From Tubiluchus corallicola (Eukaryota; Animalia; Priapulida): DNA of 64,000 nt. The notes beneath the pieces are model-generated. The model saw nothing but the letters and a program-made list of their open reading frames with translations. It ran no database searches and was not told the DNA's origin. Shown here piece by piece: positions 1 to 13,902 of this stretch (its first letter is position 1; each line of letters opens with the position of its first letter). The translations under genes and the position numbers were made by a program. Where the stretch lies: assembly GCA_030141605.1 (NCBI GenBank), contig JAQGDQ010000163.1, forward strand, positions 62,001 through 126,000. Reading direction: 5' to 3'.

Positions 1-2766
1 GGGTATGCATTTCTAATGAGTGCCCTCTAAGTCTGACAGCGGACTTCTTAAAATGTGTGATATTCAGCATAGTAGCCATGGCTGTTAAGCTTTACATTGA
101 ATTAGCTATTAGAGGATGTAGTCCGTACTTTTCTTTGATTTACAAACCTAATGTTATTTACTGATTAATGAAGAGTGATGGTTGGAATGCTTTTCTATTA
201 TAATGCTAAACTGAAAAGCAAACGTTTACTACAACTGCAGGAGTGACTTGCATACAAAATACACAAGCTTCCTTTGCTTTTCATAGGCTTCATTTCTCCG
301 TGTTTGCTTTACTTGGCGAAAAGTAATCTCCCAATTTAGTTAGCGTTAATTGCTTCAAGAGCAAACTTAATTAAATTTTTGGAAGATCGACATCTTTGTT
401 CAATTGTGTTAGGTTTTGCTGAGGATAAATTAGTTGTTTTTCTTTGTCTCTGACTTACATGAAACTCATGAAGACTATTACACAAACAGTAGTGACTTAA
501 CAAAACTAAACTGCTCACTAACATTTTAAAATTAAAAATCGAGATCTACAAAATTATGAAAATATTCGCTATTAAAACAATACATCAGGATGAAATTATC
601 GCAAAGGACGAAAGCATGTACAGAAGAACCATTAGAATGGTATCAAGTTTTAGTGAAATTATCTCCAGCCATAAAAGTCTTTGGTTATTGACATCTCTCA
701 AATGCCATTGTGAAAGGCAAGACATGTTTCGAAAATTCAAAAACTTACATGAAATTGAGTTTGTAATAAAATTGGTAACAGGAAGATGAGAAAACCAATT
801 CACCAGTGGCCACACCTAACGACACCTACAAATTAGAAAAAATAACTAAAATAATATATGGAAGCTGTTCCATTATATTCCACTGTTAATAATTGTGAAG
901 TTTCATGCTAGCATGACATTCACAAAGCTGAGAGCACAGCCATATGTTAGAGCCTTCAATTTGATGAAGTTAACATATTTCAATGGAGCAGAAGTGTTCT
1001 GTGTTACTGTTTTGTTTAAATTTAAGCTATATTGAATATGCACTGGGCGCATGAGCTAAAGAAGCAGGTCAACTTAAGACAATATGCTTTAATTCTGACA
1101 ACCAGTCAAATTTACCATTCATATTCGCGAATGGCGGTGGCACTAGCCAAAAAAGAAGGGTTGTTAGCCTGTATGCATCATCCTTTACCTCTTGTAATGG
1201 TTCGTGTTTGCCAGGAGCTGTTATTCACCGAAAATCAGTGAACGCAAAATTTCTTCCCATTAACCTTCAATGTTCACATGTTCGTAGGATTGGCAAATCT
1301 CTACAATGCATAAATAAGCTAGTAATGTGTCATAAATAGCATCAGCACTATGCTGCATTCCTAATCCTTGATCAGTGGGTTAACAAAAGCCTGAACTACA
1401 TCGTTTAATAATGCGCAATTACTGATTAGTCACGCAAGCTAGCATAATTTTACCATGCCTGAGGTGAAAAGTATCGATTCTTTATTGATATTGTGTTTGT
1501 TGTATTGCTTTAACCCGACAGCTGACATTGATCCGGCATTTCTAAACCATAGCCAGAAGTTTCACTGTTTTCTGTGCAACCTTGCATAAAATTCTTACTG
1601 AAGCACATCTCTTTAACATAAGTTCTTAAAACACACATGATTTTTTCGCACACAATAATCATGATTTGTTAAACTTTACGCTGAACTTTTACACTCACTC
1701 ACTCACTCACTTAATCATGTGACTAATTAATGTCATTTGGGTTTCACAGCAGAAACAGCAGCCACACCCTTTTTCCACTCCTCCAGATTTTCCAGTCTTA
1801 CTATTTGATCTAGAGTGCCCACGTCTACCTCCATCCTAGGTCTTATTAGTGGCATGCACTGATATTCTCAATCCAGGACCCGACTGATTCTCTATGAACG
1901 TTTTTCAGCATTCCTGACAGTGATATCTGGCAGTACACGAATCCTTAAGTGGAAGGTTTTTTACTGTGGCTGCTCATTTAGTCTGGCTCTTGAGAATTGA
2001 AGCTTCTGCAGCATTCCATAGAAGTCAGTTATAAGACCGCAATGCACTGATAAAGTTTCCAAAAACTTGAGAGTGTGCAAACCCACTCTCTGCTACAAGG
2101 AAGGGCAATATGGGTGGGATGGCATTTTCCCTTGTCATAACCATTGCCATAATTATAATCTTTGTTGTCATCTAAAATGCGCAAATAAGATCTAAAATCT
2201 GCAAAAACAGAGCTTTCACTTAATGATAAAGTCCATAAAAGTCATATGTTTTTGCCTCAAATTTAAGCTAGCATCATGAATAACCATATACTGATAACAA
2301 TCCACATGATGGTCTGGAAATACTTTAAAGTGGACCCCTTAAGGAAACATTTATAACTGCAAAACGTGAACCTACAAATGTCAGCCAATGCTGCCAATCA
2401 CTTTCTATTCTGGGCCATTGTAAACCTATGCCTGGACGAGCACTACTAGCTGAACTATGAAAATCTGTTCCTTGTATTCCACGAGGATACATTCCTCCAT
2501 TTTTAGATTTCACATTTACATGATCATATCAATCACAAGTAAGTGCTAAGTGGTAAATCCTGACGTCTAGTCACTGACAGCGAATAGGAAGTTAGAACAA
2601 AAGCAGTTGGTAAAACCATCGTTTGTTACCTTTGTTTATCATCTCTGTAAATACACATAGCCTGTTAACTTATCAGACTTAAACATGCAAATTAAAATTA
2701 CATTTTTCATTACCTTTGTGCATTATCTCTGATGGCTGCACTGTTTATGCCTTGTTCTTCTTTTAG

Positions 2767-2926
2767 GCCTAGCATCAATGACAGTGCCAATGTACATTGC
2801 CGAGAGTGCTCCAATTCAGATGCGAGGCCGCCTGGTGACGATAAACAACTTATTCATAACTGGTGGTCAGTGTGTCGCTGCAGTCATCGATGGCCTGTTT
2901 AGCAACGATGCCGACAACGGGTGGAG
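2767..2926 (+). CDS. SLC2A13: Proton myo-inositol cotransporter (HMIT), first coding exon within the window (5' exon lies upstream)
   Basis: ttttag acceptor and gtaggt donor. Translates (G)[53 protein letters not shown], containing the sugar porter PxYxxE..P..RG motif. Confidence 0.95.
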
Positions 2927-3174
2927 GTAGGTGGCACCTTGAACATATACATAAGATAAAACTTGTATCTCTTGTTGTTAATAATGACAGAACGGATGAT
3001 GACAATGATTCATTTTAGTGAATTTCCACATAGGCCATTTGCAACTTGACACTTTGCGTATGTAATAAATATGTGTTACGAACAGTATTGTTGATCAATC
3101 CTTTGATGTGCTATGCGATAATGGTTGTTGTAAGTTTGTTTAATAAATAAAGTAAAAAATAAAATAATAATGAT

Positions 3175-3231
3175 GTGATAATAAATGATGTTGATGATAA
3201 CAATAGTGATGACAGTGAAGATGATGATGAA

Positions 3232-3293
<62 letters not shown>

Positions 3294-3360
3294 GGTGATG
3301 ATGATGATGATGATGATGATGGTGGTGATGATGATGACGACAATGATGATGACAATGATA
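3175..3360. repeat. (GAT)n microsatellite
   Basis: Long run of gat repeats; explains the poly-D/H/S/I ORFs in the track. Confidence 0.95.
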
Positions 3361-3538
3361 ATTGTTAAAATTGTTTTTGCCAAATCAGGCAGTCATTGAC
3401 AAACTGACAGGTAATACCTTTTATTTTTTGTGATACATGTCAGCCATGAAGTCACAAGCAACAACCATCTAATTAATGAACAGGCACAGTTTTGTGAAAG
3501 CATTAAAATATGACCAAAATGAGCTTATGCACATGATA

Positions 3539-3541
<3 letters not shown>

Positions 3542-3576
<35 letters not shown>
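3542..3576. repeat. (TA)n microsatellite
   Basis: Directly visible. Confidence 0.95.
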
Positions 3577-3579
<3 letters not shown>

Positions 3580-3969
3580 AATATCATGCAGAATCACTTA
3601 TTTCACGATACTAAATGTGGCAATGCTTGCTTACTGTATGCCAATTCTGAACATTCGGATGAAAAAAACTGTTTTACGTTTGAAAAAGATCATATGGATA
3701 AGGATTCACAATAGTACATATATCTATCACCCACCAGATCTGTCCAGCAAACTGTTACGCAGTGATATGGATCAAAGTTTTTTTTATATTTTAAAGCATA
3801 ACTTTTCATTTAGTCTGGAACTGTATTAGTTATAAATAGTTTGGAAAACATAGTTGAGCCATTTTTATATATTCAAAGTGTGTGCATTTCGTTATTATTT
3901 TATTAAAAAGCTGTTAACACACTGTTTTCCACACATGACTTCTTTGCTTAGTTGCATTTTTGTAAATAG

Positions 3970-4184
3970 GTATATGCTGGGATTAGCTGGCGTCCCTTCT
4001 CTCATTCAATTCGTTGGGTTCATGTTCATGCCGGAGAGCCCAAGATGGCTGATCATCCACGGTCAGTATGAGAAAGCACGGGAGGTACTAAGAAGTATAC
4101 GTGGCTCCACCTTAAGCGTGGATGATGAGTTCGAAACCATAAAGCAGAACTGTCTGGAGATAGAAAGAGAACGGCAAGAACGCG
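3970..4184 (+). CDS. SLC2A13: HMIT exon
   Basis: aatag acceptor and gtgaga donor. Translates RYMLGLAGVPSLIQFVGFMFMPESPRWL... with the PESPRWL signature; phase matches neighbouring exons. Confidence 0.95.
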
Positions 4185-5461
4185 GTGAGAATAAGAACAC
4201 TTTTTGGGGTTTTCAAAAACAGAATGTGTGGTTCACTTATGGATTCTGATGTCCATGGTGCCTACTAGAATCTGTTTTAATCAGATCAATGTAGAAAAAA
4301 ATTAGATTCACCACACATTTTTATTTTGGGTGTTTATTTCTGTTTTATAGTTTGAGAAACATTTGTGTATTTAAAAATTATGTCAAAACGTAAATTGATA
4401 ACGTAATAAATTGTATCAAAATTAAGTTAATGCTTGAAAGTGTTAACTGACCTAAAAATAGCTGATTTTCTTGGAAAACTCAGTCAGTTGATAAGGGCCA
4501 TAAAAATAATTACACAATTAAAGCTGTAGTTATGAAGTAATATATTAATAACTGTATTAATAAGAGATGGTTAGAGCTGGAGGTGGTTTAGCTTCCGCTA
4601 TTGTGAGTAATTTCTCAACAGCAATTTCTCAAATTTACATCCTTAAATTTAGAATTTTGTGAAGTTTCATTTAAACTTCGCCCATTTTTCAGTGATAAGC
4701 AAGGTGTTGGTTTTCTAACCTACCCGAGTAGATGTCATGATGTAATAGCTAATCGATACAATGCATTAACACAATTATTAATTCAGCTTAAAAACTTAAA
4801 ATCTATGTATGAGTTTCTCAGTGAAACAATGATAGAAATTACCTGATTTGATCTCACATACCCATCTGCTACACGAGTTTTACTGATCCTGATTCATTGA
4901 CCACTTTGTAAAATGCTTGAAGGCATAATAATACACTGTCACATCAAGTGAATGGTAAAATTTTATTACACATTTATACGTTAGTCGAAAGCAGTTATGA
5001 AGCTGCAATTTTCACACATAAAATGGTCATAAAGTGACTCCATCAACATGAAAAAGCAAACAAGAAAAGACATCACCATCAAAGCTAAAATAATTGGTGT
5101 TTAAAAACACCGAGAATGCAACCTTCGCTTGATGTATTAAGCAAAAATTACAAAATGTAAGTTTTATTTCTAATAGTCTTCATTAGGCAGAAATGTTACT
5201 AGAACAAAAGCATATCTGATAGTTTGCACTAGTTAGCTACATACTTGTTGCTAAGGCTGGTGGTAAGCATAAGAACTGACTGCACCTGTGCTGTGTTTAA
5301 TTTCCAATTAAACACAATTTTCAGATGTTGCCCGGCACTAACACTTTGCAAACACTAATTTAGAGTGTCTAATTGCAAACAGTTGCAAGCAATGGACTTT
5401 CATTTACCTAATCAACAGCTACAGTTTCTTCTCAAGCGATGCAGTTTCTGTTTAGACTTGG

Positions 5462-5669
5462 GTGTTTTATTGAAAATTTGCTACAGACTGACCATAATTG
5501 GATTCGAGGTTGATTAATGTGGCTTTGCTAGGAGTTTTGTCGTAGTTAAGCAATTCCGTACCTGTGTTTTATTGAAAATTTGCTTGCAAACTAACCATAA
5601 TTGGATTTTGGATTGATTAATGCGGCTTGGCAAGGAACATTGTCATAGTTAAGCAATGCTGCACCTGTG
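5462..5669. repeat. Diverged tandem duplication, about 102 bp x 2
   Basis: gtgttttattgaaaatttgc...accataattggatt...tagttaagcaat...acctgtg starts at both 5462 and 5564. Confidence 0.85.
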
Positions 5670-6085
5670 GAGCACTTCAACTCGTGGAGGTGATTTTTGC
5701 TTCTGAAAACAGGTTTTTGTAAGCTGTGTCAATGTGTCATGTACATGTAGTTAGTTATTGGGGAGGACAGGAGGAAGGTGAGGCTACATGTGAAATACCA
5801 AAAAACTGGCTTTTTTGAAACTTATACTTTACTGCTGTGATGTCGCCTAAAAATGTTTGTACTGAATAAAAAGACTTCTAAGAAGGATGCTTTTAATTAC
5901 CCTGTTGCTTAGGTCAAGTATCTTTCATTAGGGTATCATTTTATAAGATGCAGGATGTTACTAGTGTGGTTTTGCTAGAAAAACTGTGTTGTATTTGGCA
6001 TAAAGTAAGGTAGTTCTACAAACTGTTGTAGCAGCTTAGTCTTACTTGGCAATTCCCTAACAAATTTAGGAAGGAATTTACAATT

Positions 6086-6177
6086 TACAAATCCACACAT
6101 AATTTAAATACCCTAACCCTATCCCTAACCCTAATCCGCTTCACAAACTAACTTCTTGTGTGTGGGGAATTGTAAAC
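6086..6177. mobile_element. Small element: imperfect inverted repeats around a (CCCTAA)-like core; possibly Helentron/HINE-like
   Basis: tttacaaatccacaca ... ccctaaccctatccctaaccctaa ... tgtgtggggaattgtaaa. Confidence 0.35.
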
Positions 6178-6992
6178 TTTAACCCAAATCTAGTCTCATC
6201 AATGTAAAAGACTTAAACAACATAGGCAGACGATTTTAAACATTAAATCTAACCGAGAAGGCACCTGAATGGTCATGGTGTATGTTTGTTTTCAAAGTAT
6301 AGCAACACCTGACCTGATTAGTAAATAGACGATCGTCCATAATGGCTTCATCTGCCCTGCTGCTCCTCCATGTTGAGTGCTGAATTCTGATCTGCAAAGC
6401 TCTGAACTATGTTAAATCGGCTCACATTTTATGTATTTCTGTTAGCTCTACTCGGCTTGTTTCATGCTTTCAAGAGCTTGCTCTCGCTGCCGTACATCTG
6501 CATAGTTACCTTTCCTTTCATTCTGAATCTATGAATTGCATCATTGATTAATCTCCCTCACATTACATTAGCCATTATACAATATCTGCTAATAATGATT
6601 CCATTACCCCTTATTATGGTGTGATATTATATGGCTAGCCAGTATTGCTTTCATTGGTACTAAGTTGTCCACACCATACTGGCGTCCATAGCAATTTCTC
6701 ATAATTATTGTGTGTGCCAGCAAAACTTGACATTGATAAGGGTAATTTCCACATGCTTAGTATAGTACAAGTTTCGTGAGTTTCGAAGTAAATGACTTCT
6801 CATACGAGTTTGGAAATTCCCAATATTTATTGGAAATTGGGTTAGTTGCTAAATTCTTGTGCTGGTCAAGAACTGACTGCTAGTAGAAAAACTTTGAGGC
6901 ATTGGGCATGATTAGATTTCCAGACGTGTTTATAAAAGTCCAACTTCTTGATACAGCATGTTTTACCTAAAGCTGGAAAATTAATGCTTTGA

Positions 6993-7847
6993 ACTGCTAA
7001 ATTAGTTTATTAGCCGTTGCTTTATCTGCTGATCTAGTTTACCAGCCATTGCTTCATCTGCTAAGCTGGATTATCTGCCATTGCTTCATCTGCTAGGCTA
7101 GGTTATCAGCCATTGCTTCATCTGCTAAGCTAGTTTATCAGCCATTGCTTCATCTGCTAAGCTAGTTTTTCAGCCATTGCTTTATCAGCTAAGCTAGGTT
7201 ATCTGTCATTGCTTCATCTGCTAAGCTAGGTTATCAGCCATTGCTTCATCTGCCATGCTAGTTTATCAGCCAATGCTATATCAGCTAAGCTAGGTTATCA
7301 GCCTATTGCTTCATCTGCTGTGCTAGGTTATCTGCCATTGCTTCATCTGCCGTGCTAGTTTATCAGGGAATGCTTTATCAGCTAAGCTAGGTTATCAGCC
7401 TATTGCTTCATTTGCTAGGCTAGGTTATCAGCCATTGCTTCATCTGCTAAGCTAAGTTATCTGCCATTGCTTCATCTGCTGTGATAGTTTATCAGCTAAG
7501 CTAGGTTATCAGACTATTGCTTCAACTGCTGTGCTAGATTATCTTCTAAGCTAGGTTATCAGCCATTGCTTCATTTGCTAGGCTAGGTTATCAGCCATTG
7601 CTTCATCTGCTAAGCTAGGTTATCAGCCATTGCTTCATCTGCTAAGCTAGGTTATCAGCTTATTGCTTCATCTGCTGTGCTAGGTTATCTGCTAAGCTAA
7701 TTTATCAGCCATTGCTTCATCTGCTAAGCTAGGTTATCAGCATTTGCTTCATCTGCTAATCTAGGTTTTCAGCCATTGCTTCATTTGTTAATCTAGGTTT
7801 TCAGCCATTGCTTCATCTGCTGTGCTAGTTTATCAGCCATTGCTTCT
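6993..7847. repeat. Minisatellite, about 32-bp unit (CTGCTAAGCTAGGTTATCAGCCATTGCTTCAT), about 27 copies
   Basis: Directly visible tandem array with degenerate edges and no unique spacers. Confidence 0.95.
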
Positions 7848-8119
7848 TCCAAAACTTTGTTGACTTCTGATTGCTTATAATAAGAACTGGAAACAGTTCA
7901 AAACAGGTTAAATAAGAAATAGTATAATGACTAAAATAAATATTAAAATTATATTAATGTCTGCTTATGATAACTTTTTTAGTATAGGGATCTATTATAC
8001 CCTGATGACAAGTATAGTAGTTAGTACGCTGTGATACCAATCTTGCTTATGAGCCACCGTTTTAGATTACTAAGTTAGTCAACAGACCATTGCCTCATGT
8101 ACCTAAGCTAGCCTATGAA

Positions 8120-8467
8120 CATGGTTAGATTATGACCTTTTGGGCCCTCTAGCTTAATGAACTTGCCACCTCAGACGGAGCCACTTTCTAACTTGCCTGC
8201 ATCAGCCTTGGATATTTTAGAGACCTTTACATCTGTATAGCTTGAAATAGACCTATTTCAAAATTCTGTAAATAAATTAGAATAGCTGTCTTTTGTGTAT
8301 CAATAAAAATATTCTTTAAGAAATATCACTTTCACTATTTAGTGCAAACCAAATTAGCACACATTTCAACACAATCACAGTGAAAAATAGATTTTTTACC
8401 AAATGTTACCTAACCTTGAGGGGCCCTAGTAGCAGCCTATACTAGCCTATAGGATAATCTTGCCCTG
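8120..8467. mobile_element. Non-autonomous hAT-like MITE
   Basis: Ends catggttagatt.../...aatcttgccctg. 8-bp TSD cctatgaa/actatgaa (7/8). Subterminal gggccct..gcagcctata..agcctatagg motif is shared with the element at 46897. Confidence 0.65.
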
Positions 8468-10500
8468 ACTATGAACCCATGCCACAAAGTGCTAAACTAG
8501 TCTCACCAATTACGTGTCAAACTGCTGCACTAGCTTATAAGACATGGTTACGAATTGCTAAACACAAGAGCTCAAAACCACCTGGGATTACATTCACTGA
8601 ATGAAATTAGTGTGATAACAATTAAACAAGTTTTAGAAAAGAATCCCTGCTAATACACAATAACATCTGAACAGAGATAAAGAAATTTGACAGCAAAGAG
8701 TTTTGAAACTGCAGATTTCTTGTTATCTAATCTTTATGCTGTCACCAAAACTGTTTGTGTCATGGTGTGTTCTGCCAGTGATGCACTGAAGCCTATAATG
8801 GAAGAGATGAATGACCATGAGGTAGAAAACAAAGCAAGCATTGGATTATATGCCAAATGGCTTAATTTTAGTTTTCATTTTGTAGTTTCTGATTAAATTA
8901 GTTACTAGATATCCAAATGGAACTGTGAAGAACATTGTTGGAATGTGTGTTCATGTAAATACTTTATGCCCATTTGTTGTGCATTCAAAACGTCACTACC
9001 TATAATCTCAGGATCATCAATATCGCACGTCTGTTCACGTAGTGTCACTTCTCCATACATAAGAGCATGTAGGTCGGATTCAAATTGTGAAATCGTGTGA
9101 TTAGTGTCTGATTTCTTCGGGCAGTGAGACACTATAGTCGGTTATCGTTTACTCTGAATAAAGCAATTACGCTTTCAAGTCTGAAACTGGAGCCTAGCGT
9201 CTGATCGCTTACAATGACACTTAATAATGCATCATTTCCTTTGACATCCGCTTCAGTAATGGCATATGTCATATGTGGCGGCCTGATTTACTGAATCTTC
9301 ATGCGGCTTTATTGGAAAAGATAGACAGAGATAGTACATATCCGATTTTAATGATTTTTTTAAGTATGACTTAGCTTGTTCACTTATAATTTTCCATTTA
9401 ATTCTTTATCTTTTCCTTTTTCTTCAGTGCTTCAAGATTTCTGCTTTTGCTGTTAGTTGGTTACACTGGCAGCAAACATTTTTCCCTATAGGTCTAATGT
9501 GATTGGAATAGGCTTTACTTAGTGGATAGTGGCTTTACTCTGACGGAAGTGGTGCTGACAAGTCACTGGCGTAGCAGTGTCTAGTGGTTTTTGCTGGATT
9601 ACTGCTGCGTTTACCTGTCTGAAGGCAGATTTCTTTTATTTTAGAATTCTGCCTGCCCAGTGTCTACTATAGACGTGACTGGTGTATGATGATGATACTT
9701 AGTGGGATTGCTCACGTGGCTTGATGTTAATTGAGAAAGTTCTAGACGTTTGGTTTCCAGACACAAATTCTGAGGTTTTGTCAGTTAATAAATTTCTGTT
9801 GTGACGCTTAAACTTAGTTATTGACTTTAGGAACTAACCAGTCCTGTCGAATGTGGAAAGTAGTCTATTGCCACTTCACTGTGACTTTGCCGGTCAAGAC
9901 ATATTTTAAACTTGTGTGGGAGTCTTAAATACATTGAAAATCCATTCCTTGTTTTTTAACGCTGATTTTTCGTCTTCCTAAGATAATCACGCAAAAGGAT
10001 TTTCCTAGCAGGTGTTACTGCTAATGATCTCATTATTTCTCTGAAACTTTCTGCCATGTTTGTGAAATCTTGACATTTCAAAATCTTGCTCTTATTTGCG
10101 TGCAGTAAATGGAGTTCATTCAGCCGGAAATAGCATTTTATTCTGAATTTGTGCACGTAAATGAACTACTATTTCCATTTTAATAACTTCGCCACACGTT
10201 CAAGGTTTGTCTTAGCTGTTTTACATTTGCCATTATTCTCTTGCACGCTGTGAACAATGTCTTAATCTATACTTGCTGTTTTTTCTACTGCAAGAACAGC
10301 AAATGTAACTATAACACTGTCTTCAGCAGCAGTTTTTTGTTAGTAATATGAGAAACTACCATTATTAAAGGTAACTAAGAGATTCTGCTGTATCTTTAGT
10401 AATAACTTTTAGTTGCCAGCAGTAACTGCTTCTGGTGGGCAAAACAGCAGCTACTACCATATCAGTGAGATTGCTGTCAAACAGAATGATCATGTAAAAT

Positions 10501-10598
10501 AGTTCTTAAAAATAAGAACAATTTTAATGCTAAATAATTATATGTATAAGAGTTCTTAAAAATAAGAACAATTTTAATACTAAATAATTATATGTATA
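10501..10598. repeat. 50-bp tandem duplication
   Basis: agttcttaaaaataagaacaattttaat(g/a)ctaaataattatatgtata occurs twice, with 1 mismatch. Confidence 0.9.
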
Positions 10599-10788
10599 CT
10601 CTTCTTTTCTTGTTAGTATGATCGTCCTTTTTGCCTATTTAATTTTTTACTATTCATGGAGATGCTGATTTATGAACTAAACAGTCTCGTTAGCTCTTAT
10701 TCAATTACAGTTCTAATCATAACTAAGATCCACTCTTTTGTTGAGGGGAATTTTCGCAAGCATTTGATGCAGCTAGAATCGTCCCAAA

Positions 10789-11260
10789 TGGATCCAGATT
10801 AAGACGTCAAGAGGCCCTAAGCACTGAAAAGATTATGCTACCCCACATGCGTGTAATTCAGAATAAAAATAATACTAGACTGTAAAGTGAAATTTTATCT
10901 TTCGAAATGAAAGAAAATTTGCAGTAGGATTTTTTACAGTAAATGCTAGGGCACCAGCTTTACATTACATAGAAAGTGATATTAGATTAAAAAAACACGC
11001 TTGACCTATATTATGACGCATTGTATAATCAGTCAATGTTATCATATATGGCCAATGACCAGCTCCGGTTGATCAGTAGCCTAAATCTATATGACCATCG
11101 ATACTGTCAATATTATTGTAAACAAACACATAAACCGTCGCACATATTCAGATATATTTTACTTTTGCGTAATTATTTAATTTGAAATTACTGTGTGGGC
11201 CCTTCTTCTCCTGTGACCCTAAGCATGTGCTAATTATGGTTAATGGTTAGTCCGGGGCAG
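10789..11260. mobile_element. Degenerate hAT-like MITE
   Basis: ccagattaagacgtcaagaggccctaagcac ... gaccctaagcatgtgc...taatggttagtccgg. Flanking 8-mers gtcccaaa/gttccaga match 6/8. Confidence 0.5.
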
Positions 11261-12706
11261 GTTCCAGATTTTATATAGCTGCAGATGCAATGCCAATTTA
11301 ATAAAAAGATTGTAGAATACATTCTGATTTGGTTGGCTAAAAGGCCTTCTAGAGATGTAATCAGTTCTTGTTGGGATTGTATTTGATTCATTTTAGTTAA
11401 ATTTATTAAATTTTAGTGAAATTAAATAGCTTTTTGCCCTTAGGACTTTTTTATGTTTTATCATTATGATAATAAGATTCTTTCAAACAAATTTATCGTC
11501 AAGATTAACAAGCTTTATTTCTGAAAACACCCGATGAAAAAGATACTGCAGTTAATGAACATTTATCAACTTAGTGAAATAATTCAACAAAAGCATTTTT
11601 GTATGCTATTTAAATGCATCTTACTATCAATGTACATGTTACTATTTATATCAGCAGTAATCATGACAGACAATTCATTAACCTTAAGCATAGTTTTGGT
11701 ATCAACAGCATGTAATATTACATTGGAATCTCAGATAATCACAGTTCCTGTTGACTAGCTTTGATATTGATCCTTCATAAAACATTAATCAGAGACTATT
11801 GTTATTCCTGCATGTTATTGTTGGCTTCTCGCAAAATTGGGGTGGATCCAGAGAGGCTATCACCTCTCATGTTTATAAATGATAAGGTGACATTGTGAGG
11901 GAAACCAACTGTTACATCCCGACATCTGGATCGTCTTCAATAAATTTAAAGTGATTTCTCATTGAAATGTTGAAATATTTCTGATCGTGTTCCAAGCGCT
12001 GGATTTTTAACAAGAGTAATGGTCGCAAATAGTAGTGTATTGCTCCTTGAACAAGGAAACCGTTAGAGTGTCCTGACTAAACGATTGGACAGAACTGATC
12101 CCTTCTGTCAAACAGCGATCTGCGTCTTTACTCTCAGAATGAAAATTTATGTAGCTAAACATCTTCAGCTAACTGGTGACTGTCATGTTCTGTTTCTGTT
12201 TTTCAAAATCTTTTATCTTTGTGGCTTGTGCTAATATATTGGTCACTTGTAACACAACATCATAGGACTGCCTACTTTGTAATATAAATTGTAAATATGT
12301 ATGGTGCAGTACTTTTAAGCCAATAACCTTGTCTATTTGTTTACACCAAATTCCTTAGCTTAGTCCCTAGCTTTTTCTCAAGACATTCGAGAATTTGTTC
12401 GTGTTTGAATTCATGAATAAATCATGCCTGTGAAACTATTGAAAGGCGGCAGAATGAATGAAAAATCGTTTTGTTTTCAGCACATTTTACAGAGACCTTT
12501 GCTGCAGTGGACAGCCTCACGCTGGTTTATCATAGTTCAATTTATTGAATATTCTTGCCACTACTGTATTGGCGTTGCAGTCAAAAGACAGTGTGCATTG
12601 AACTCTACCACATTTTTTCTTCTTTTTTTTGAAGTTAGAAACCATTGAACCATTGTTACTACAGATACTTTAATGCATTGTTAATTTTTATTCATTGTTA
12701 TTGCAG

Positions 12707-12821
12707 CCAGTCGGAAGCCTCTGATTCTACAGATGTTACAGACACCATCGCTACAGCGTGCACTGCTGGTCGGATGCGGCTTACAAATGTTTCAACAGTT
12801 AGCTGGTATCAACACTGTCAT
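12707..12821 (+). CDS. SLC2A13: HMIT exon
   Basis: ttgcag acceptor and gtgagt donor. Translates [38 protein letters not shown](M), containing the TM7 QQLxGIN motif. Confidence 0.93.
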
Positions 12822-13738
12822 GTGAGTTAATGGTTGCAGAATTTTACGTTTTTTATCCGTAAAAAATAAAAAATGGATAATGATAAAGTTAATGTCTAAT
12901 AGTAGTTATGTCCACTGAAGCAAAAAAAGTTGATCTTATTGTAATGAAGTTAAACTTATATCATAAACTATTGAAACTTTTATGTGTGAATAGAATCGGT
13001 CCATTACTATATGTTTTGGTCCTGAAAAAAATTATATTTTCATCAAAAATTTTCCCATTATGTGCAACAGCTAACCAATCAGAATACTGTGTTTCTGGTG
13101 AACTATCTGTACAAAAACAAAAGACCGAAAATAGTTTATGTGTAGGAATAAAATTTGTAAATTAAAAATTTTGCCTTTGCGCCTAACAAATAAGCTCTTC
13201 ATTTATATCAAATTTATTTGACTATACAAAAAGAGAGAGCAACTGGAAGAACCCTTTTCATTGTTCCAGTCATTGTTGATGATCATGAAACGGTCAAAGG
13301 TTAAACCAGACACTGCATTTGTGTACACTTCATAACGCCTTGCAGCCCATGCTATTGTCTAGCTAGAACCTTACCCAATTAATTTTTCTTGTTCTTAAGC
13401 AAGACACTGCTAGTAAATCACTCTACATCACACAGACTAATGCATGATTAAGTAAAGTCCACATAAAACAACAATGAAATGGTGTTACAAATATCGCAGA
13501 TAAAGTTGCTAAACTGATGTGCCAGACGACTTTGCTTTACCCACATGTCACATGGCAGCTGTAGTAAAGACACGTTGCTGTCAGTCATTCTCTACAGCAA
13601 CTGCACATGTGCACAACAAAACTGTGAAAAGGCTTATTTGTTACATTTTTCTGTCCTCATTAGCATGCTCTTGTGTTTTTACGTGCACATTGCATAATTG
13701 AAGGTTTTTGTTTCAAGCATGTTCTTTTCCTCATGCAG

Positions 13739-13902
13739 GTATTACGGTGCCACTATTATAGAAATGGCCGGTGTGAAAACTAAGTCACGAGCAATATGGC
13801 TGAATGCTGCCGTGGCAGGTGTAAATTTTCTGTGCACCATATTTGGTGTTTATCTTGTGGAAAAGATAGGGCGACGCCTCTTAACATTAGGCAGTATGGC
13901 AG
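13739..13902 (+). CDS. SLC2A13: HMIT exon
   Basis: tgcag acceptor and gtaggt donor. Translates YYGATIIEMAG...VYLVEKIGRRLLTLGSMA, containing the GRR motif. Confidence 0.94.

Noticed and set aside
1750-1900. Possible RTE/LINE C-terminal relic on - (similar weak signal at 48880-49160)
   Set aside because: Too degraded to support without a search.
3111-3399. Poly-His/Ser/Asp ORFs (similar cases at 18662-19063, 43206-43522, 53146-53406)
   Set aside because: They are translations of trinucleotide microsatellites.
6993-7847. CRISPR-like array
   Set aside because: Units are contiguous with no unique spacers, there are no cas genes, and the context is eukaryotic; it is a minisatellite.
8687-8896. 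69-aa intronic ORF as an extra SLC2A13 exon
   Set aside because: The flanking exons already join in frame, and the peptide has no transporter similarity.
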